Source: Longimicrobiales bacterium (GTDB lineage Bacteria; Gemmatimonadota; Gemmatimonadetes; Longimicrobiales; Gaopeijiaceae). Taken from it: 64,000 nt of DNA. Shown here piece by piece: positions 1 through 10,218 of this stretch. Where the stretch lies: assembly GCA_965226375.1 (NCBI GenBank), contig CBDDCX010000007.1, positions 448,001-512,000 of the forward strand, read 5' to 3'. Under the pieces are notes generated by a model that worked only from the letters and a program-made list of their open reading frames with translations, was not told the DNA's origin and did no database searches. Position numbers and translations under genes: made by a program. How positions within the stretch are numbered: position 1 is the first letter of the stretch; every line of letters begins with the position of its first letter.

Positions 1-193
1 GCACCTCGGCCCACTGGGTCCACTCGTCCCAGCGTCCGAGGTCCGCGAGCAGTGGAAAAATCGATTCGGGGCTGACCGGGACCTCAACCGACACCTCGGC
101 CGACCACGTTCCCGGGAGTAAGAACCCGACGGCCATGAAGGTCACCAGAAGTCCTCCGACGATACCGAAGACCCTGGCTAGGCGTCCCATCAT
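1..193 (-). CDS. SRPBCC/polyketide-cyclase family protein, N-terminal part (runs off window start)
   Basis: Manual translation MMGRLARVFGIVGGLLVTFMAVGFLLPGTWSAEVSVEVPVSPESIFPLLADLGRWDEWTQW; ATGA overlap with the upstream esterase stop. Confidence 0.75.
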   Translation of the reverse strand, partial: MMGRLARVFGIVGGLLVTFMAVGFLLPGTWSAEVSVEVPVSPESIFPLLADLGRWDEWTQWAEV

Positions 194-963
194 GGTCGCT
201 CTCCTGTTTCTGCGGAAACTTCTTGGAGCAGCGGCTCAAGGGATGTCCACACCGTCTCCGACACGCGTCTGTGGCCCTCTGCCGTCGGGTGGATGCCGTC
301 TATCTGGTTGAGTTCGGGATGACCTGCCACTCGGTCGAGAAGGAAGGGGATCAACACAGCTGAGTTGTTTCGTGCCAGCTCCGTGAACGCCGATCGGAAC
401 TCGGACTGGTAACCAGGCCCCAGGTTGGGAGGAGCTTCCATGCCCGCGAGGACGAGCCGAACGTCGGGATAGCGCCTAAGCGTACTGTCCATGACCGCCT
501 GGAGATTCCCTCGCATCGTCTCGACGGACAGTCCCCGAAGTCCGTCGTTGGCACCCAGTTCGATTACGAGGACTGTCACGGGCGCTCTGAGCAGCCAGCT
601 GATCCGGCGGAGTCCCCCGGCGCTGGTATCTCCGCTGACACCGGCGTTCACGACCTCGAATGGCAGACCCGCCGAGTCGACCTTCGCTTGGACGCGCTCC
701 GTAAAGCGCATCGTTTGATCGTCGAGTCCATAACCGGCCGTCAGGCTAGTGCCTACGAAGACGACGCGTCCCCGTACGTTTGCGGGGGACGATGTCGGGG
801 CGCCCGGAGCCACTCCCGAGCCCGCCGGCGTTGAACCTTCCGGCCCCTCGGAGCGTACCACGTCCGAGTCGGTACCTGGACCACATCCGGCCGAAGGAAG
901 CCAAAGTGCCAAGAGAACGACGGCGACGATGATCCGAGCCGTGGGTCTGTCGAAAGAATACAT
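190..963 (-). CDS. tesA: SGNH arylesterase/acyl-CoA thioesterase I (TesA-like), probable lipoprotein
   Basis: GTSLTAGYG, NAGVSGDT, ELGANDGLRG and DGIHP blocks; hydrophobic leader ending SAGC; start placed at ATG 963. Confidence 0.85.
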   Translation of the reverse strand: MYSFDRPTARIIVAVVLLALWLPSAGCGPGTDSDVVRSEGPEGSTPAGSGVAPGAPTSSPANVRGRVVFVGTSLTAGYGLDDQTMRFTERVQAKVDSAGLPFEVVNAGVSGDTSAGGLRRISWLLRAPVTVLVIELGANDGLRGLSVETMRGNLQAVMDSTLRRYPDVRLVLAGMEAPPNLGPGYQSEFRSAFTELARNNSAVLIPFLLDRVAGHPELNQIDGIHPTAEGHRRVSETVWTSLEPLLQEVSAETGERP

Positions 964-1627
964 GAGCGGAGGGCGACCCCTTCGCGTGTTGGATCGCGTT
1001 GATCTCAATGTGGAAGCAGAGAGCTTCGTGGCCATCGCCGGACCGTCGGGGAGCGGAAAGACCACCCTCCTGGGGCTCCTGGCGGGGCTCGATCACCCCA
1101 CAGAAGGTAAGGTAACCGTTGCCGGCGAGGATCTCTTCAGTCTTACCGAAGACGGGCGGGCCAGATTTCGGGCCGAGAACGTGGGCTTCGTTTTTCAGAC
1201 GTTCCATCTCCTGCCCACGCTCACCGCACTGGAGAACGTGATGGTGCCGCTCGAGCTCCTCGGGCGCGCGCAGAGCCGCAACGGACGGTCCATACGTGAA
1301 CGGAGCCGTGAGCTGCTGGATCGGGTAGGCCTGGGGAATCGCACCGATCATTATCCCGCCCAGCTGTCGGGCGGTGAGCAGCAGCGTGTGGCGTTGGCCC
1401 GGGCCTTCGCCAACGAGCCACGGATTCTATTTGCTGATGAGCCCACGGGTAACCTCGACCGCAAGACCGGACTTCGTGTGGTGGAACTCCTGGAGGAACT
1501 CAACCTGGAGTCCCGCACCACGCTGATTCTCGTGACGCACGACTTGGACCTGGCGGCACGGGCCCACCGTGCGATCTCGCTCTCCGACGGCCGTATCGTC
1601 TCCGACGTGAGCGACCCATCCGAGTGA
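929..1627 (+). CDS. ybbA: ABC transporter ATP-binding protein (YbbA/LolD-like)
   Basis: GPSGSGKT Walker A, LSGGEQQR signature, ADEPTGNLD; start placed at [11 protein letters not shown]. Confidence 0.88.
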   Translation: MIRAVGLSKEYMSGGRPLRVLDRVDLNVEAESFVAIAGPSGSGKTTLLGLLAGLDHPTEGKVTVAGEDLFSLTEDGRARFRAENVGFVFQTFHLLPTLTALENVMVPLELLGRAQSRNGRSIRERSRELLDRVGLGNRTDHYPAQLSGGEQQRVALARAFANEPRILFADEPTGNLDRKTGLRVVELLEELNLESRTTLILVTHDLDLAARAHRAISLSDGRIVSDVSDPSE

Positions 1628-4164
1628 CACCGTCCTTCGCGGTCCGTCTGGCCTGGCGAGAGGGAAGGGCCAGCTACCGCCGCCTGTCCATCTTCATGGG
1701 ATCCATCGCCCTGGGGGTCGCGGCGCTCGTGGCCATCCACTCGTTCAAGGGCGATGTGGAGCGCTCGCTCGGTGACCAGGCCCGTGTGCTCCTGGGAGCT
1801 GACGTGCGGGTCTCCTCGAACCGGGCCTTTCCAGCGGAATTCGAGGCGGTACTGGATTCGATGATTTCAGACGGGCGGGAGATTGCCCAGACGACGACGT
1901 TCGCCTCGATGGTGCTCGACATGCGTAGTGGGGGCGTGCGGCTCTTTCAGGTTCGCGCGGTGGATGCGGGCTTCCCCTTCTACGGTAGCGTGGAGTCCGA
2001 TCCGGCGGGGGCTTGGGCGGAGATCCAAAATGGACCGTGGGCGGTGGCTGATCCAGCGGTCATGGTACAGTTGGACGCCCGGCCCGGCGACACCCTCGCG
2101 ATCGGGCAGGCCCGGTTCGTCCTCCGGGGAACCGTGTCCGGTCTTCCCACGGACGTGGGCTTTCAAACGGCCATCGGACCCAGGGTCTATATCTCTCGCG
2201 GCCGACTGGAAGAAACCGGGCTTCTGATCTTCGGGTCCATCGCGCGTTATCACGCCAACTTTCTGATGCCCGAGCGGGACGACCGTGATCAACTTTGGAA
2301 CAGCCAGCAAGAGCTCTTCGAGAGGCATCAGCTCCGGCACACCCCGGCGGCCTATCGCGCACAGGAAATGAGTTCGGCTTTAGACGACCTGACGCGCTAC
2401 CTGGGGCTCATTGGGCTGGCGGCCCTCTTCCTCGGCGGTATCGGCGTGGCGAGCGCCATCTATGTCTACGTACGGGAGAAGGTCGTGACGGTGGCGGTCC
2501 TCCGATGTATCGGGGCCCGGCAGGAGACGCTGTTTGCCGCCTACCTGCTTCAGGCCGCGATGCTCGCCCTCATCGGGTCGCTGGTGGGGGTCGTGTTGGG
2601 GATCGGCATACAGAGGGCGCTGCCCATGGCGCTCACCGGGGTCATGCCCGTGGGAGTGACCACGAACATCTCCTGGCTCGTGGCCTTTGCGGGCATCGCC
2701 CTCGGGGTATGGGTAGCCCTCATGTTTGCCTTAGGCCCGCTGCTCGAGGTCAGAGGGGTATCGCCGCTTCTCGCCCTCAGGCATGACTTCGAGCCGCCGC
2801 AGCGGACAGATATCGCCAAGATGGGGGCACTCGGCCTTCTTGTGGCCACGGTGCTCGGACTAACAGTGGTCGAGGCTCCTTCTCCACTGCAGGGCCTGGC
2901 CTTCTCCCTGGGGCTCGCAGTCGTGGGGTTGGTTCTTTGGGGGGCGGCTCGGGGTCTCATTTTTGTCACCAGGCGGTTCCTTCCGCAGGGACTGGCGTAT
3001 CCGATCCGCCAGGGAGTGAGCAACCTTTTCCGGCCACAAAACCAGACCGTGGCGGTCACGCTGGCCCTCGGATTCGGCGCCTTCGTGATCGGCACCGTCA
3101 GCTTGGTCGAGCGCAGCCTCACCCAGGAGTTCACGTTGGAGGTAGGAGAAGGGCGACCGAACCTTCTGCTGTTCGACGTGCAGGCCGATCAGCGGCCTGA
3201 GGTCGAAGCGTTCGTGGCCTCGCGCGCCACGGGATCGCTCGACGTGACTCCGTTGGTGCCTTCGAGGCTCCTGGCGATCAACGGACGGAGCCGGGAGGAG
3301 CTGCTCGATGCACCGGATGGTGAGCGTCCAGAGGGGTGGGCCCTGCGGCGCGAGTACCGGCATACCTACCGGTCCGACCTCACCGGCTCGGAAGAACTGG
3401 TGGAAGGTGATTGGTGGGACGTTCCTGCAGACAGCGATGGACTCGCTCGTGTCTCGCTCGAGGCCGATCTGGCGCACAGCCTCCGAGTGGTCATCGGGGA
3501 TCGAAGCACGTGGGACTTTGCGGGTGTGCCGGTCGAGACTCGAGTGGTGAGCCTTCGCACGGTCGACTGGACCCGGTTCGAGACAAACTTCTTCGTCGTC
3601 TTCGAGCCCGGCTCGATAGACGAGGCTCCTCAGACCTTCGTAATCATGGCCCGTGTCGAAGGCGAGAGGGAGCGCGCCGAGTTCCAGCGCGATCTGGTCG
3701 GCAGCCACGCGAACGTGGCCGTTCTGGACCTTTCCAGGCTCCAGCAGGCGATCGACACCATGCTGGACCGGGCGAACCAAGCGGTCCGTTTCCTCGGCAT
3801 CTTCAGCACGGTAGCCGGAATCCTCGTACTCATGGGCTCGCTCGCCACGTCACGTTACCAACGTATGCGGGAGAGTGCAGTCCTCAAGACCTTGGGCGCG
3901 CAGAAGGGCGTCATCCTGCGGATCTTGATGGTGGAGTATGTTGCCCTCGGATCTCTGGCAACCTTCGCGGGACTGGTATTGGCCGTGGTGGCCGGGTGGC
4001 TCGTCGTAACCCAGGTCTTCACCGTTCCCTTCGTCTTCGATCCGATCCGGATCGGGGTGGTATGGCTGGGGATCACAGCCGTTACGGTTGCCGTGGGGAT
4101 GGCCGGCAGCAGAGGGGTCCTTCTCAGGCCTCCTCTCGCCGTGCTTCGGGACGTTACGGGTTGA
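1624..4164 (+). CDS. ybbP: Type VII ABC permease (YbbP/FtsX-like)
   Basis: 846 aa, two FtsX-like halves, LLGADV, FPFYG, LRTVDW..F..NFFVVF; GTGA overlap with the ATPase. Confidence 0.88.
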   Translation: MTPSFAVRLAWREGRASYRRLSIFMGSIALGVAALVAIHSFKGDVERSLGDQARVLLGADVRVSSNRAFPAEFEAVLDSMISDGREIAQTTTFASMVLDMRSGGVRLFQVRAVDAGFPFYGSVESDPAGAWAEIQNGPWAVADPAVMVQLDARPGDTLAIGQARFVLRGTVSGLPTDVGFQTAIGPRVYISRGRLEETGLLIFGSIARYHANFLMPERDDRDQLWNSQQELFERHQLRHTPAAYRAQEMSSALDDLTRYLGLIGLAALFLGGIGVASAIYVYVREKVVTVAVLRCIGARQETLFAAYLLQAAMLALIGSLVGVVLGIGIQRALPMALTGVMPVGVTTNISWLVAFAGIALGVWVALMFALGPLLEVRGVSPLLALRHDFEPPQRTDIAKMGALGLLVATVLGLTVVEAPSPLQGLAFSLGLAVVGLVLWGAARGLIFVTRRFLPQGLAYPIRQGVSNLFRPQNQTVAVTLALGFGAFVIGTVSLVERSLTQEFTLEVGEGRPNLLLFDVQADQRPEVEAFVASRATGSLDVTPLVPSRLLAINGRSREELLDAPDGERPEGWALRREYRHTYRSDLTGSEELVEGDWWDVPADSDGLARVSLEADLAHSLRVVIGDRSTWDFAGVPVETRVVSLRTVDWTRFETNFFVVFEPGSIDEAPQTFVIMARVEGERERAEFQRDLVGSHANVAVLDLSRLQQAIDTMLDRANQAVRFLGIFSTVAGILVLMGSLATSRYQRMRESAVLKTLGAQKGVILRILMVEYVALGSLATFAGLVLAVVAGWLVVTQVFTVPFVFDPIRIGVVWLGITAVTVAVGMAGSRGVLLRPPLAVLRDVTG

Positions 4165-4579
4165 GAACGGCCTGAGGTGGTAGATCGACCTGCAGCGCGA
4201 GGTCGTGATTGCATGATTCACACGGAAGTGGGTGGGGATGCCGAAGTCGGGCCGGTCGGGGGAGGGAGAGGTCACTCCCGCAGCGGGGACACGTACCTTC
4301 GACAGCCCGAAGGCTGTGGAACTCCAGCCACTTACGTCGAGCCACGATCGCCCCGACTCCGAGCGCTCCAAGGGCCCAGGGTGCGTGGGGTGGAATGAGG
4401 GCAAAGAGTGGAGCGAGCACGAGTGCAGTGCCGACAGAGGTGAGTGTGCGCCTGAGGCGCCACCGGACGCTGCGAGGCTCGATCCAGGCGTTCGCTTCAA
4501 CCGGGTCGAACCCGAAGAGTGTCACGCGTGCCGGGACGGACACTCCGGGCACCGTGTCTGTGGTGCTTGGTTCTCGCAC
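4154..4579 (-). CDS. Hypothetical membrane protein with C-terminal zinc ribbon
   Basis: Two hydrophobic segments followed by CPRC...CESC. Confidence 0.6.
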   Translation of the reverse strand: MREPSTTDTVPGVSVPARVTLFGFDPVEANAWIEPRSVRWRLRRTLTSVGTALVLAPLFALIPPHAPWALGALGVGAIVARRKWLEFHSLRAVEGTCPRCGSDLSLPRPARLRHPHPLPCESCNHDLALQVDLPPQAVLNP

Positions 4580-4740
4580 GGTGCCGTCGATACCTGAAGG
4601 GTGAGTTTTTCGCCGCCGGAATATATGTTGATCTGTGATCGCCCCCCAACTGGTCCAGCGCCGCCGCCGCCGCGGGTAGATACGGGCTTTCGGGGCTTAC
4701 AGGAAATACGCGAGAGAGATCGGGATAGCGGACTCTGCCA

Positions 4741-5972
4741 GTGACAGACATCCCAGACATCGACGATGGCCCACAGATCGAGGATGGCTCAGAAATCGAG
4801 GACGGCCTAGCGATCGAGGACAGCCCAGTCGAGGACGGCCAGGCGACCGAGGACGGCCAGGAGATCGCCATCGACGTCGATACGCCGGCCTTGTCTCGGG
4901 ACCTAACTGAGTTCTTGATCCAGCTCTCCATTACGGTCCACCGATTCGGTATGTACCCCCCGGGGCATCCCTCGCTGGAGCCCGCGGCCGCAGGGGTCGT
5001 GGACCGTCGTCAGTTCCGCGGAGGCACGCCAGTCGCGACCCACGGCCATCAAGTACGGAATCGTCGGAGTGAAGGGGCAGGGACGGCGATTGGAGGACGG
5101 GGAGGAGCGGAAGGCCGGGCGCACCCTGGCGTATACCCTCAAGGAAGAGGTGGAGGCCGTGGACTGGCTCCACGGAGAGCTCAAAGAAGATGGCGGTCTG
5201 CACCTCGTTGGAGGCGGAGGCCATCGTTCGCTCGCTCACCGTTGCCATGCACGACGACCAGCAGTTCCTCATTCCCCTGGTAAGGCTGAAGCGCTTCGAC
5301 CAATACACCACGACACACGCCATGAACGTTTCCGTGCTCGCCATGGCGCTGGCCGAGTTCATCGGCTTGGGGCCCAAGGAGGTCCGGGCATTCGGCATAG
5401 GCGGACTCATGCATGATCTCGGCAAGGTCACCATTCCCGCGGATATTCTGAACAAGCCCGGGAAGCTGACGGACGAAGAGCGAACCGTGATGAACAACCA
5501 CACCATCGCGGGTGCGCAGATCATCATCGAGACGGAGGAGCATCTGGATTTGGCCGCCGTGGTGGCGTACGAGCATCACATCAAGATCGATGGCGGTGGG
5601 TATCCCACACTGCGTTTCCCTCGGGCGTGCCATCAGGCCAGCAATCTGGTGCACGTCTGTGACGTCTTCGACGCATTGCGGACCGTTCGTCCCTATCGGG
5701 GCGCGTGGGAGACCGAGCGGGTGTTGGGCCTTCTGGACGAGGGTTCAGGCACCGAGTTCGATCACGATATGGCGCAGTCCTTCATTCGTATGATGCGACA
5801 GTGGGAAGGTCAGGTGGCCGTGGTGGAGCAAGAGGATGAACCGTTGCCCATCGGCGCGCCCGTCGAGGAGTCCTCAGACCCTGCTGCGAGCGATGAGTCC
5901 GAGGCCTCATCAGGCCCCGCTCCGGGCGACTCTCCGTCCCCGTCAGGCCCCGCTGCGAGCGAAAGCACGTAG
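4741..5972 (+). pseudogene. Disrupted HD-GYP phosphodiesterase locus (probable deletion junction near 5005, frameshift near 5210)
   Basis: Three consecutive coding-like frames; C-terminal frame has HDLGK, HHIKIDGGGYP and DVFDALRTVRPYR. Confidence 0.75.
4759..4866 (+). repeat. Degenerate 15-18 bp coding tandem repeat (IEDG-x-x units, about 6 copies)
   Basis: atcgacgatggc/atcgaggatggc/atcgaggacggc/atcgaggacagc/gtcgaggacggc/accgaggacggc. Confidence 0.7.
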
Positions 5973-7115
5973 TCGTTCGCTCGCGGCCTCCAGCGTCTCG
6001 ACCTTCTTGCAGAAGACGAAGCGCACCAGGGAGTGGCCCAAGTCCGGGTCCGAGTAGAAGCTGGATCCCGGGACAGGCGTCACGCCGGCCTCTCGGGTGA
6101 GCCGCCGCGAGAAGGCGTCGCTCGGTTCGTCGCTGAGGGCGGAGAAGTCCGCTAGGACGTAGTACGCGCCCTGTGGCTTCCGGCACTCGAAGCCGGCTGC
6201 GATCAGGCCCTCATACAACACTTCACGTCTTACGCGATAGTCATCGATCATCGCATCGTAATACCCTTGGTCCAGTTCCTGGATACCCACGGCACAGGCC
6301 TCCTGGAGAGGGGCGGGGGCACCAACGCTCAGAAAGTCGTGTACCTTGCGGATGGCGTCGGTGAGGTCGGCGGGAGCGATGACGGTACCGATTCGCCAAC
6401 CGGTGACGCTGAAGGTCTTCGAAAGGCCACTCACGGTGATGGTCCGTTCGCTCATCCCTTCGAGCGTGGCCATCGGGATGTGCTCGCCCTCGTAATAGAT
6501 GTGCTCATAGATTTCGTCCGTGATGGCCAGCAGATCGTGCTTCCGGCAGAGGTCGGCTATAGCCTCGAGCTCGCCCCGATCGAGCACTCGGCCGGTGGGG
6601 TTATTCGGCGTGTTGACGATGATGGCCCGGGTGCGGTCGGTCACCACGGCCGCAAGACCATCCGCCTCGATTCGGAAATCGGGTGGTTCCAGCGGCAGAA
6701 AGACCGGGTTCGCCTCGGCGAGAATGGCGTCGGGCCCATAGTTCTCGTAGAACGGCTCCAAGACGATCACCTCGTCCCCGGGATTGATGACCGCGAGCAT
6801 GATGGACGCCATGGCCTCCGTGGCACCGCAGGTGACCGTGATGTCACGCTCACCGTCCACCTGCATCCCGTACCAACGCTCGTATTTGGCCACGAGGGCG
6901 TCTCGCATCCGGGGTGATCCCCATGTGATGGCGTACTGGTTTACATCGCCCTGGATCGCCTCGCACGCAGCATCCTTCAATCGCTGGGGGGCCGGAAAGT
7001 CCGGAAAGCCCTGGGCCAGATTGATGGCGTCGTGCTCGCGGGCCACTCGGGTCATTTCACGGATCACGGACTCCGTGAAGCCGTGGGTTCTCCGCGCCGT
7101 ACGAGATGCGGTCAT
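5943..7115 (-). CDS. PLP-dependent aminotransferase class I/II
   Basis: INLAQGFPDF, NTPNNPTG, DEIYEH, SKTFSVTGWRIG. Confidence 0.92.
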   Translation of the reverse strand: MTASRTARRTHGFTESVIREMTRVAREHDAINLAQGFPDFPAPQRLKDAACEAIQGDVNQYAITWGSPRMRDALVAKYERWYGMQVDGERDITVTCGATEAMASIMLAVINPGDEVIVLEPFYENYGPDAILAEANPVFLPLEPPDFRIEADGLAAVVTDRTRAIIVNTPNNPTGRVLDRGELEAIADLCRKHDLLAITDEIYEHIYYEGEHIPMATLEGMSERTITVSGLSKTFSVTGWRIGTVIAPADLTDAIRKVHDFLSVGAPAPLQEACAVGIQELDQGYYDAMIDDYRVRREVLYEGLIAAGFECRKPQGAYYVLADFSALSDEPSDAFSRRLTREAGVTPVPGSSFYSDPDLGHSLVRFVFCKKVETLEAASERLRAFARSGA

Positions 7116-7236
7116 ATGAGCTCACCGGATTGGGTTGGGGTCGAAGAAGGCGAAGGGTATGCCGGTGACGGGTCGGCGTGCAACCGAGGCTACCAGCGCT
7201 CGCTGGATTCGGTTATCTCACAGCATGCATGACACG

Positions 7237-7881
7237 ATGAGTAGACGACACTTACAGAGGCTCGGACCGCTACGGCGCCACGCCGCCGCGTGGGGTTGGC
7301 TGGTGATCATGATGGGCTGGTTCGCTCCCTCTGCACTGAGGGGGCAGCTTTCCGTCATGCAGATGGAGGTGAACGGAGGATCCTCCATTCCCGTGGCGGA
7401 CTTCGCAGGGGTAGCGGGCTGGGAGGGAGAGGCTTCTGCGGGCACCAGTTTCGGGGTCCACTTCGCGTTGGCCAGCGGCCATGTGGGCTATCTGGTGGGC
7501 TTCAGCGAGCATCGCTTCGGGTGCGCTGAGGACGCGTGTGGGGCCGAGACGGATCTGGTCTCCACGGCTTGGGACCTCGGCTTGCGCATCAACTTTCGTA
7601 GCTCCGGCGTGGTGCCTTGGATTCGGGTGGGTGCAATCGCAGCCCTGTTGGAGGTCGACCTTACGTCCGCGCCCACCGGAGAGACGGCTACGACGGTGCG
7701 CGAGGAGTCGGATCGGGGGTGGGGCTTCGAGGCCGGAGCTGGCGTCCTGATTCCGGTTGCCGACCGGTTCGGGTTGAGTCCTGGCGTACGCTACGGAAGA
7801 GTCGACCTTGATCTGGCCTCCCGTGGGGTGCTACAGGAGCGCTACGTGGTCCTAGACGTGGCGTTCGTGCTGGGGTTCTGA
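7237..7881 (+). CDS. Small outer-membrane beta-barrel protein
   Basis: Signal-like N-terminus, alternating beta strands (GWGFEAGAGV), C-terminal Phe; start uncertain. Confidence 0.65.
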   Translation: MSRRHLQRLGPLRRHAAAWGWLVIMMGWFAPSALRGQLSVMQMEVNGGSSIPVADFAGVAGWEGEASAGTSFGVHFALASGHVGYLVGFSEHRFGCAEDACGAETDLVSTAWDLGLRINFRSSGVVPWIRVGAIAALLEVDLTSAPTGETATTVREESDRGWGFEAGAGVLIPVADRFGLSPGVRYGRVDLDLASRGVLQERYVVLDVAFVLGF

Positions 7882-7942
7882 GTGGCCCCACCTCCGATGC
7901 CATGTAAACACGGCGGGCGGCGCCGCGTCCGGTCCGTCTAGG

Positions 7943-9975
7943 CTAGGTGTCGTCGAGCGCGTCAGATGCGGCCGTTGCTTTCTGCAGGGCGGGGAGAGCG
8001 GCCTCGAAGGCATCCTTCAGGCCTGGGTCGTAGCGTGTGCCGAAGCCGGCCCGTATTTCCTCTGCCGCGATATCGAAAGGTCGGGCCTCCCGGAGGGCTC
8101 TGGCACTGGTCATGGCCGAGAGTGCGTCTGCGATGGCCGTGATGCGGGCGGGTAGGGGAATGGCCTCGTCGGCGAGTCCGTCGGGATAGCCCTTGCCATC
8201 CCATCTTTCGTGATGCCATGAAACTGCCGCATCTACGATAGGGTCCTGCAGGAGGGGAGCCAAGAGTTGGCGACCCACTGTCGGGTGGGTGCGCATTGCC
8301 TCCCACTCGTCCTCGTCGAGCGGGCCTTCTTTGTTGAGCAGCACGTCGGGCAAGGATATCTTTCCGATATCGTGTAATAGGCCACCGAGCCGGATGGTCT
8401 CGCGGTCCAGCGACTCAGCCTCCGGATCGAACATCTCGGCCAGTGTCAGGGCCATCGCGGCGACCGTCTCACCATGGCCGACCGTCGACGGATCCTTTGC
8501 CTCCGCCGCCCGCACGAGCGCCAACGCTCCTTCTTCGACGTGGCTCCTGACGGTGTCATTGATTTGCCCGGCAGCGGTGGGCGGCTGCTCGGCCCGTTCC
8601 TCGCGGAGGCGGTCTCTATGTGCCAGGCAATCGATGAGTTGTGCTCGTAGCTCAGGCATGCCGAAGGGCTTCACCATATGCCGATCGGCTCCCGCAGCCA
8701 GCGCTTCGGCAGCGGCGTGCGTCTCACTCGACGTGGTCGTAACCACGATTTGAGTGTCCGGCCACCGTGACTTGGCCGCCGTCACCAATTGGGTGCTGCT
8801 CCCTTCGGCGAGGAGCTGAGACGCGACAATGACGTCGAACTCGGTTGCCAGGGTCCGGAGCGCCGCCCCGACGTCGGTGACCTCTGTTACGGAAAATCCC
8901 TCTCGATCCAAGTAGTTGGAGATCAATTCCTTGACTGGATCTTCGTCCTCGACCAAGAGGATCTTCCGTTCGGAGCCGAACGCGGTGATTTCGTGAGGCA
9001 GGAGAATGACTGGCGGCCGGCTCTTGCCCATCTCCCCGGGGGCTCGCGGGTATTCGTCGCTGTCCTCCGTTGCCAGGCGCTCCACGTCCAGCATCGGCGC
9101 CTGCTCCGTGACCGAGCCGATCAACGTAGCGAAGAGGCGCACCGTGTTCCGTCCCTCGCGCTTGGCCCGATAGAGGGCGTGGTCGGCGGCCGCCAAGACC
9201 TCGTCGGGAGTGCTCATGCTCGGATGGTGTTGCGCCACACCGGCGCTTACCGTGAGCGGCCCCCTGCCCAGCCCCTGGGCCATGAGCGAAGCTCGGACCC
9301 GCTCGGCGAACGCCACCGCACCCTCGAGATCCGATCCGGCCAGAATCGAGAGAAACTCTTCTCCGCCGAAGCGGGCGGACAGGTTCATGTGTCTCGTGGT
9401 ATGGGCCAGGATGTCCGCAAAGGTCTTCAGGGCTTCGTCGCCTGCGGCGTGGCCGTAGCTGTCGTTGTATTCCTTGAAGCCGTCCAGGTCGAAAAGGACC
9501 ACACACAGCAGGCGCCCACGCTGGGCGGCGGCGAATTCAGTTTCTAGGAAGACCCGTGCGTGGCGCCGGTTCGGAAGTTTGGTCAGCCCGTCCTCGAAGG
9601 CCATCCCCTCCATGAGCTCCTTATCACGGAGCAGTATCTCGACCATCCAGCCGACCCCGAGCGTGATGATGATGTAGGCCACGACCACTGCGAAAAGACC
9701 CTCGGGAACCGTCAGGCCCAGCAGCAGGGCGATCACTTGCGTAACGGACAGGGTCGCCATACCTGAGGCCAGCGCTACCGCGGCACCCCTCCAGCCCCTG
9801 TAGTAGGCCAGCAGAAAGGCCGGAACCAGGGCCAGGAGCCAGAGAAGGGCTCCCTGCGCGCCAACATGTCGGGAACGAGCAGGGCGGCTCCGGCCGGCAC
9901 GGAAAGGGCGGCGAGCGATATGAAAAGAGCGCGAGCCGGTACGCCCTTGTGTGACCCGTCGTCGGGTGCCGTCAT
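7943..9975 (-). pseudogene. Membrane-bound GGDEF-REC-HD-GYP protein with a 1-nt frameshift near 9861
   Basis: DGLTKLPNRR, RFGGEEF, ILLVEDE, HDIGK, HHERWDGKGYP; the N-terminal TM segment (MTAPDD...VPDML) lies in another frame. Confidence 0.8.
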
Positions 9976-10075
9976 CGGTGGCGGTTACGTCCAGGACCTG
10001 GAGATGAAAAGGGGCTGCGACTCGGATCAATATGGGCACATGGTCGGGTCCGGCGACACCGCTACGTTACACCCC

Positions 10076-10112
10076 CTGGCTGCCGGATCTGGCTGCCGGA
10101 TCTGGCTGCCGG
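10076..10112. repeat. 13-bp tandem repeat (ctggctgccggat x2.8) in a divergent intergenic region
   Basis: Directly visible. Confidence 0.9.
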
Positions 10113-10218
10113 GTCGGGCCAGAGAGCCGTGATACGCCCTTCCGAGGTTTGCGGGGCACCAGACCTCCTGGCAGATTTCTCCCGCTCCGTTCCGCCGACC
10201 GACTCGAGAAGACGCAAA

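Noticed and set aside
5200..5220. Programmed ribosomal frameshifting at the frame breaks (also near 9861 and 24852)
   Set aside because: No slippery heptamer or stimulatory structure; simple indels in GG/CC runs explain them.
10076..10112. Short tandem repeats (also 4759-4866, 25435-25486 and near 48220) as CRISPR or iterons
   Set aside because: No spacers, too few copies and no cas or rep genes; consistent with slippage or low-complexity coding.
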